Positions 61,841 through 64,000 of a DNA stretch of 64,000 nt are shown one piece after another. Origin of the DNA: Camelus dromedarius (lineage: Eukaryota); NCBI RefSeq assembly GCF_036321535.1, contig NC_087437.1:25112001-25176000 (forward strand), given 5' to 3'. A program made the position numbers and the translations under genes. The notes below the pieces were generated by a model. It was not told where the DNA came from, did not search any database, and saw only the letters and a program-made list of their open reading frames with translations. Numbering within the stretch: the first letter of the stretch is position 1; each line of letters starts with the position of its first letter.

Positions 61841-63084
61841 TTATTTTTGGTAGTATGAAATTTCAAGTTGACATCCTAATTCAAGTCTTTGAAAGGAATC
61901 CTTTAAGAAATTTCCTGGTAAATTTCAATTTCTAGATATTTTCTTAATATATACCACCAACAAAAAAAAATTATTCTTAAAATGTAAAGTAATTGTTAAA
62001 GATCAACCATTCAGCAGCTCAAAAAAGAATCAAGTTCATGATGTCTCTATTTTTCTGTTAGTTCACCGTCTATCTCTCATCTTATTTTATTAGTTAGTTA
62101 ACAAAGAAAAGAGAACGTCGAATGTTACCAACTAGAACGTGGCAAGTCAAACTCAGGAAGGGGAAAATTAGCATCTTTCCCAATTTATGCACTTATAACA
62201 AGCATTTTAAGGGTTCACAGTACAGTCAGTTCCCGAAGAATAAATACAAAAGAAGGCGCAGATGAGTTACAAGGTGGAATTAGAATGGCATAGTTCAGCA
62301 TAGTGAATATGGACCCCTTACCAGGAGAGGCAAGAGAAAAAATAAAACTACAAAAGGACTCCCTCTGGGAAAGCTCTCGTGCATTTGGGCCTGCTGTCTG
62401 GTTAGAGCAGGCCAAAACTTGATACTTTTATTTCCAACCTTTGACCCTGCACATCTGGAAACCCAATTTGAATCAAACAGAAGGAAGTTTTCTTTTCTAT
62501 TTCAAAAACTTTGGGAAAAAAAAATTAAGCACCTAGCATCCATTCTGCTAGCAAAAGCTACTAATACTTACACGCTTATAGGCAACTATAAAATATGGAG
62601 CATTTGGTCAGGAAATAAATGCCCCAGAACCTTGGTAATATTAGCACATTGTTATTTCTGATGATGGATTTAGATAGTGGCTGAGACAGCAAAATAACTT
62701 GGTACTTTGATGCTCTTTGATGTCCTAATTTAATAGACACCCTCTAATTCCAGAATTCAAAATATGCTGAAGCATTCTATACCCACAAACACACACAATG
62801 CATACATATTTGGTGACATGTGCATTTTAAAGGAGTTTTCAACTGCAATAAAATTTTTAATCATTATGTTATATTTTTAAATATAACAAAGCTATTATGT
62901 GTTTTGTCATAGTGGCTTTAATTTATTTGGACAATGGTAAAATTAAGATGTTATGTCACGAAATACATATGAAAAATATTTTTTCTTTTTGTGTAAAAAA
63001 TTATTCATTGTGGCATATTAAATTTTTATTTGACAACCTCTAAGACAGTCTCTTAATTATAAAATAAGCATTTATTCACAAAAG

Positions 63085-63305
63085 ATAGGCAGTAGGGTAA
63101 ATGGATAAAAATGTACATTATAGGGTCACAGATTCTTGGACTTAGTCATTCAGACCCTTTCTAGCTTTGCTATCTTGGAAAAGTTATTTAGCTTTTCTGA
63201 GCCCAGTTTCCTCATCTATAATAGGCATTTTGCTGGGAGTACATAGTAGGATTATTGGGAGAAGGAACAGAGGTTTATGTACAGCATAGAGCAGGCTATA
63301 AATGT
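63085..63305 (+). mobile_element. MIR SINE
   Basis: tctagctttg.tatcttggaaaagttatttagcttttctgagcccagtttcctcatctata. Confidence 0.75.
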
Positions 63306-64000
63306 CATCATCAGAGTTATCTGCATCAACTTCATTGTTAAGCACCTAGCAATTGGAAAATCTGTCCAGTAGGACTGGATAAGTTCCAGAATTATTAATT
63401 GCCCAGACAAATCTAAGTTGTAGCTGTGCTCTTAATTCTCAGAGCCCCAGGGGCCATGGTGGCAATGTGAAAGAGAAACTATCTTCCCTTTGTACACAGA
63501 AACCACACACAGGGATAATTGGATGTTGGTCAGTTCAAAATAGAAAAAACTAGAAACTGCTCATGGCATTTGATTAAATTACATTGCAGAATCCAGATCT
63601 GCTCTATTATGAATATTAACTATCATGTAGTAAATGTTAATCATTAGGAACGGGTCTATTCACGACTCAAAGTGAAAACTATTCTTTCAGCACCATATAA
63701 AAGACATTATGTTATCATGCAGTTTGCCAAAATGAATTGACTTGGAAATAAAGCAATTTCTATTTGCAGTCTATTTATTGTCTTTAATGGGACTGATTCA
63801 ATATTTTCTGGGTCTTTCTTTGCTTTGTTTTATTGTTTTGCCAAGAATTTTTTTGCAAGATTTTGATCTATGCTATGAATTTGTATTTAGCTATGTGGCA
63901 AGAATTCAAAATATTTACTCATTCCCAAAATTTTATGTACATCAAAAAAACACAATCCTTATTTGAGTTTTTGATGTTACCTGTTTTAATAGCAATTAAT

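Noticed and set aside
1..64000. CRISPR array, operon, tRNA/rRNA/snRNA genes, processed pseudogenes, CpG island
   Set aside because: No regularly spaced repeats, no recognisable structural RNA, no mRNA-like retrocopy and no extended CpG-rich tract seen; the sequence is mammalian non-coding DNA.

Overview
AT-rich, CpG-depleted eutherian genomic DNA, non-coding throughout: either a large intron or an intergenic region. I recognise no host protein-coding exon, RNA gene, CpG island or CRISPR/prokaryotic system. The only ORFs with recognisable protein similarity are decayed transposon remnants (L1 ORF2 C-terminus, L1 ORF1 coiled coil, Tigger1 transposase). Much of the window is interspersed repeat: L1 of several ages, L2, L3/CR1, MIR, MaLR MLT1 and ERV1 solo LTRs, MER5/MER58/MER102 and Tigger1. 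Long repeat-poor stretches between these carry TF-motif clusters and retained CpGs. The youngest L1 3' UTRs look cetartiodactyl, most like camelid L1 as I remember it, and I saw no Alu, B1/B2, Bov-tA/CHR or PRE-1 SINEs. Best-supported observations: two 5'-inverted (twin-primed) L1 insertions with target-site duplications (TSDs), a young L1 nested in an old L1, a perfect 19-bp hairpin inside a decayed L1, abutting CpG-rich palindromes at 24.1 kb, a 309-bp pure-purine tract, and several candidate non-coding exons and enhancers. Repeat family names come from recalled consensus sequences, not a database search, and most boundaries are approximate. I found no convincing evidence of a novel biological system.
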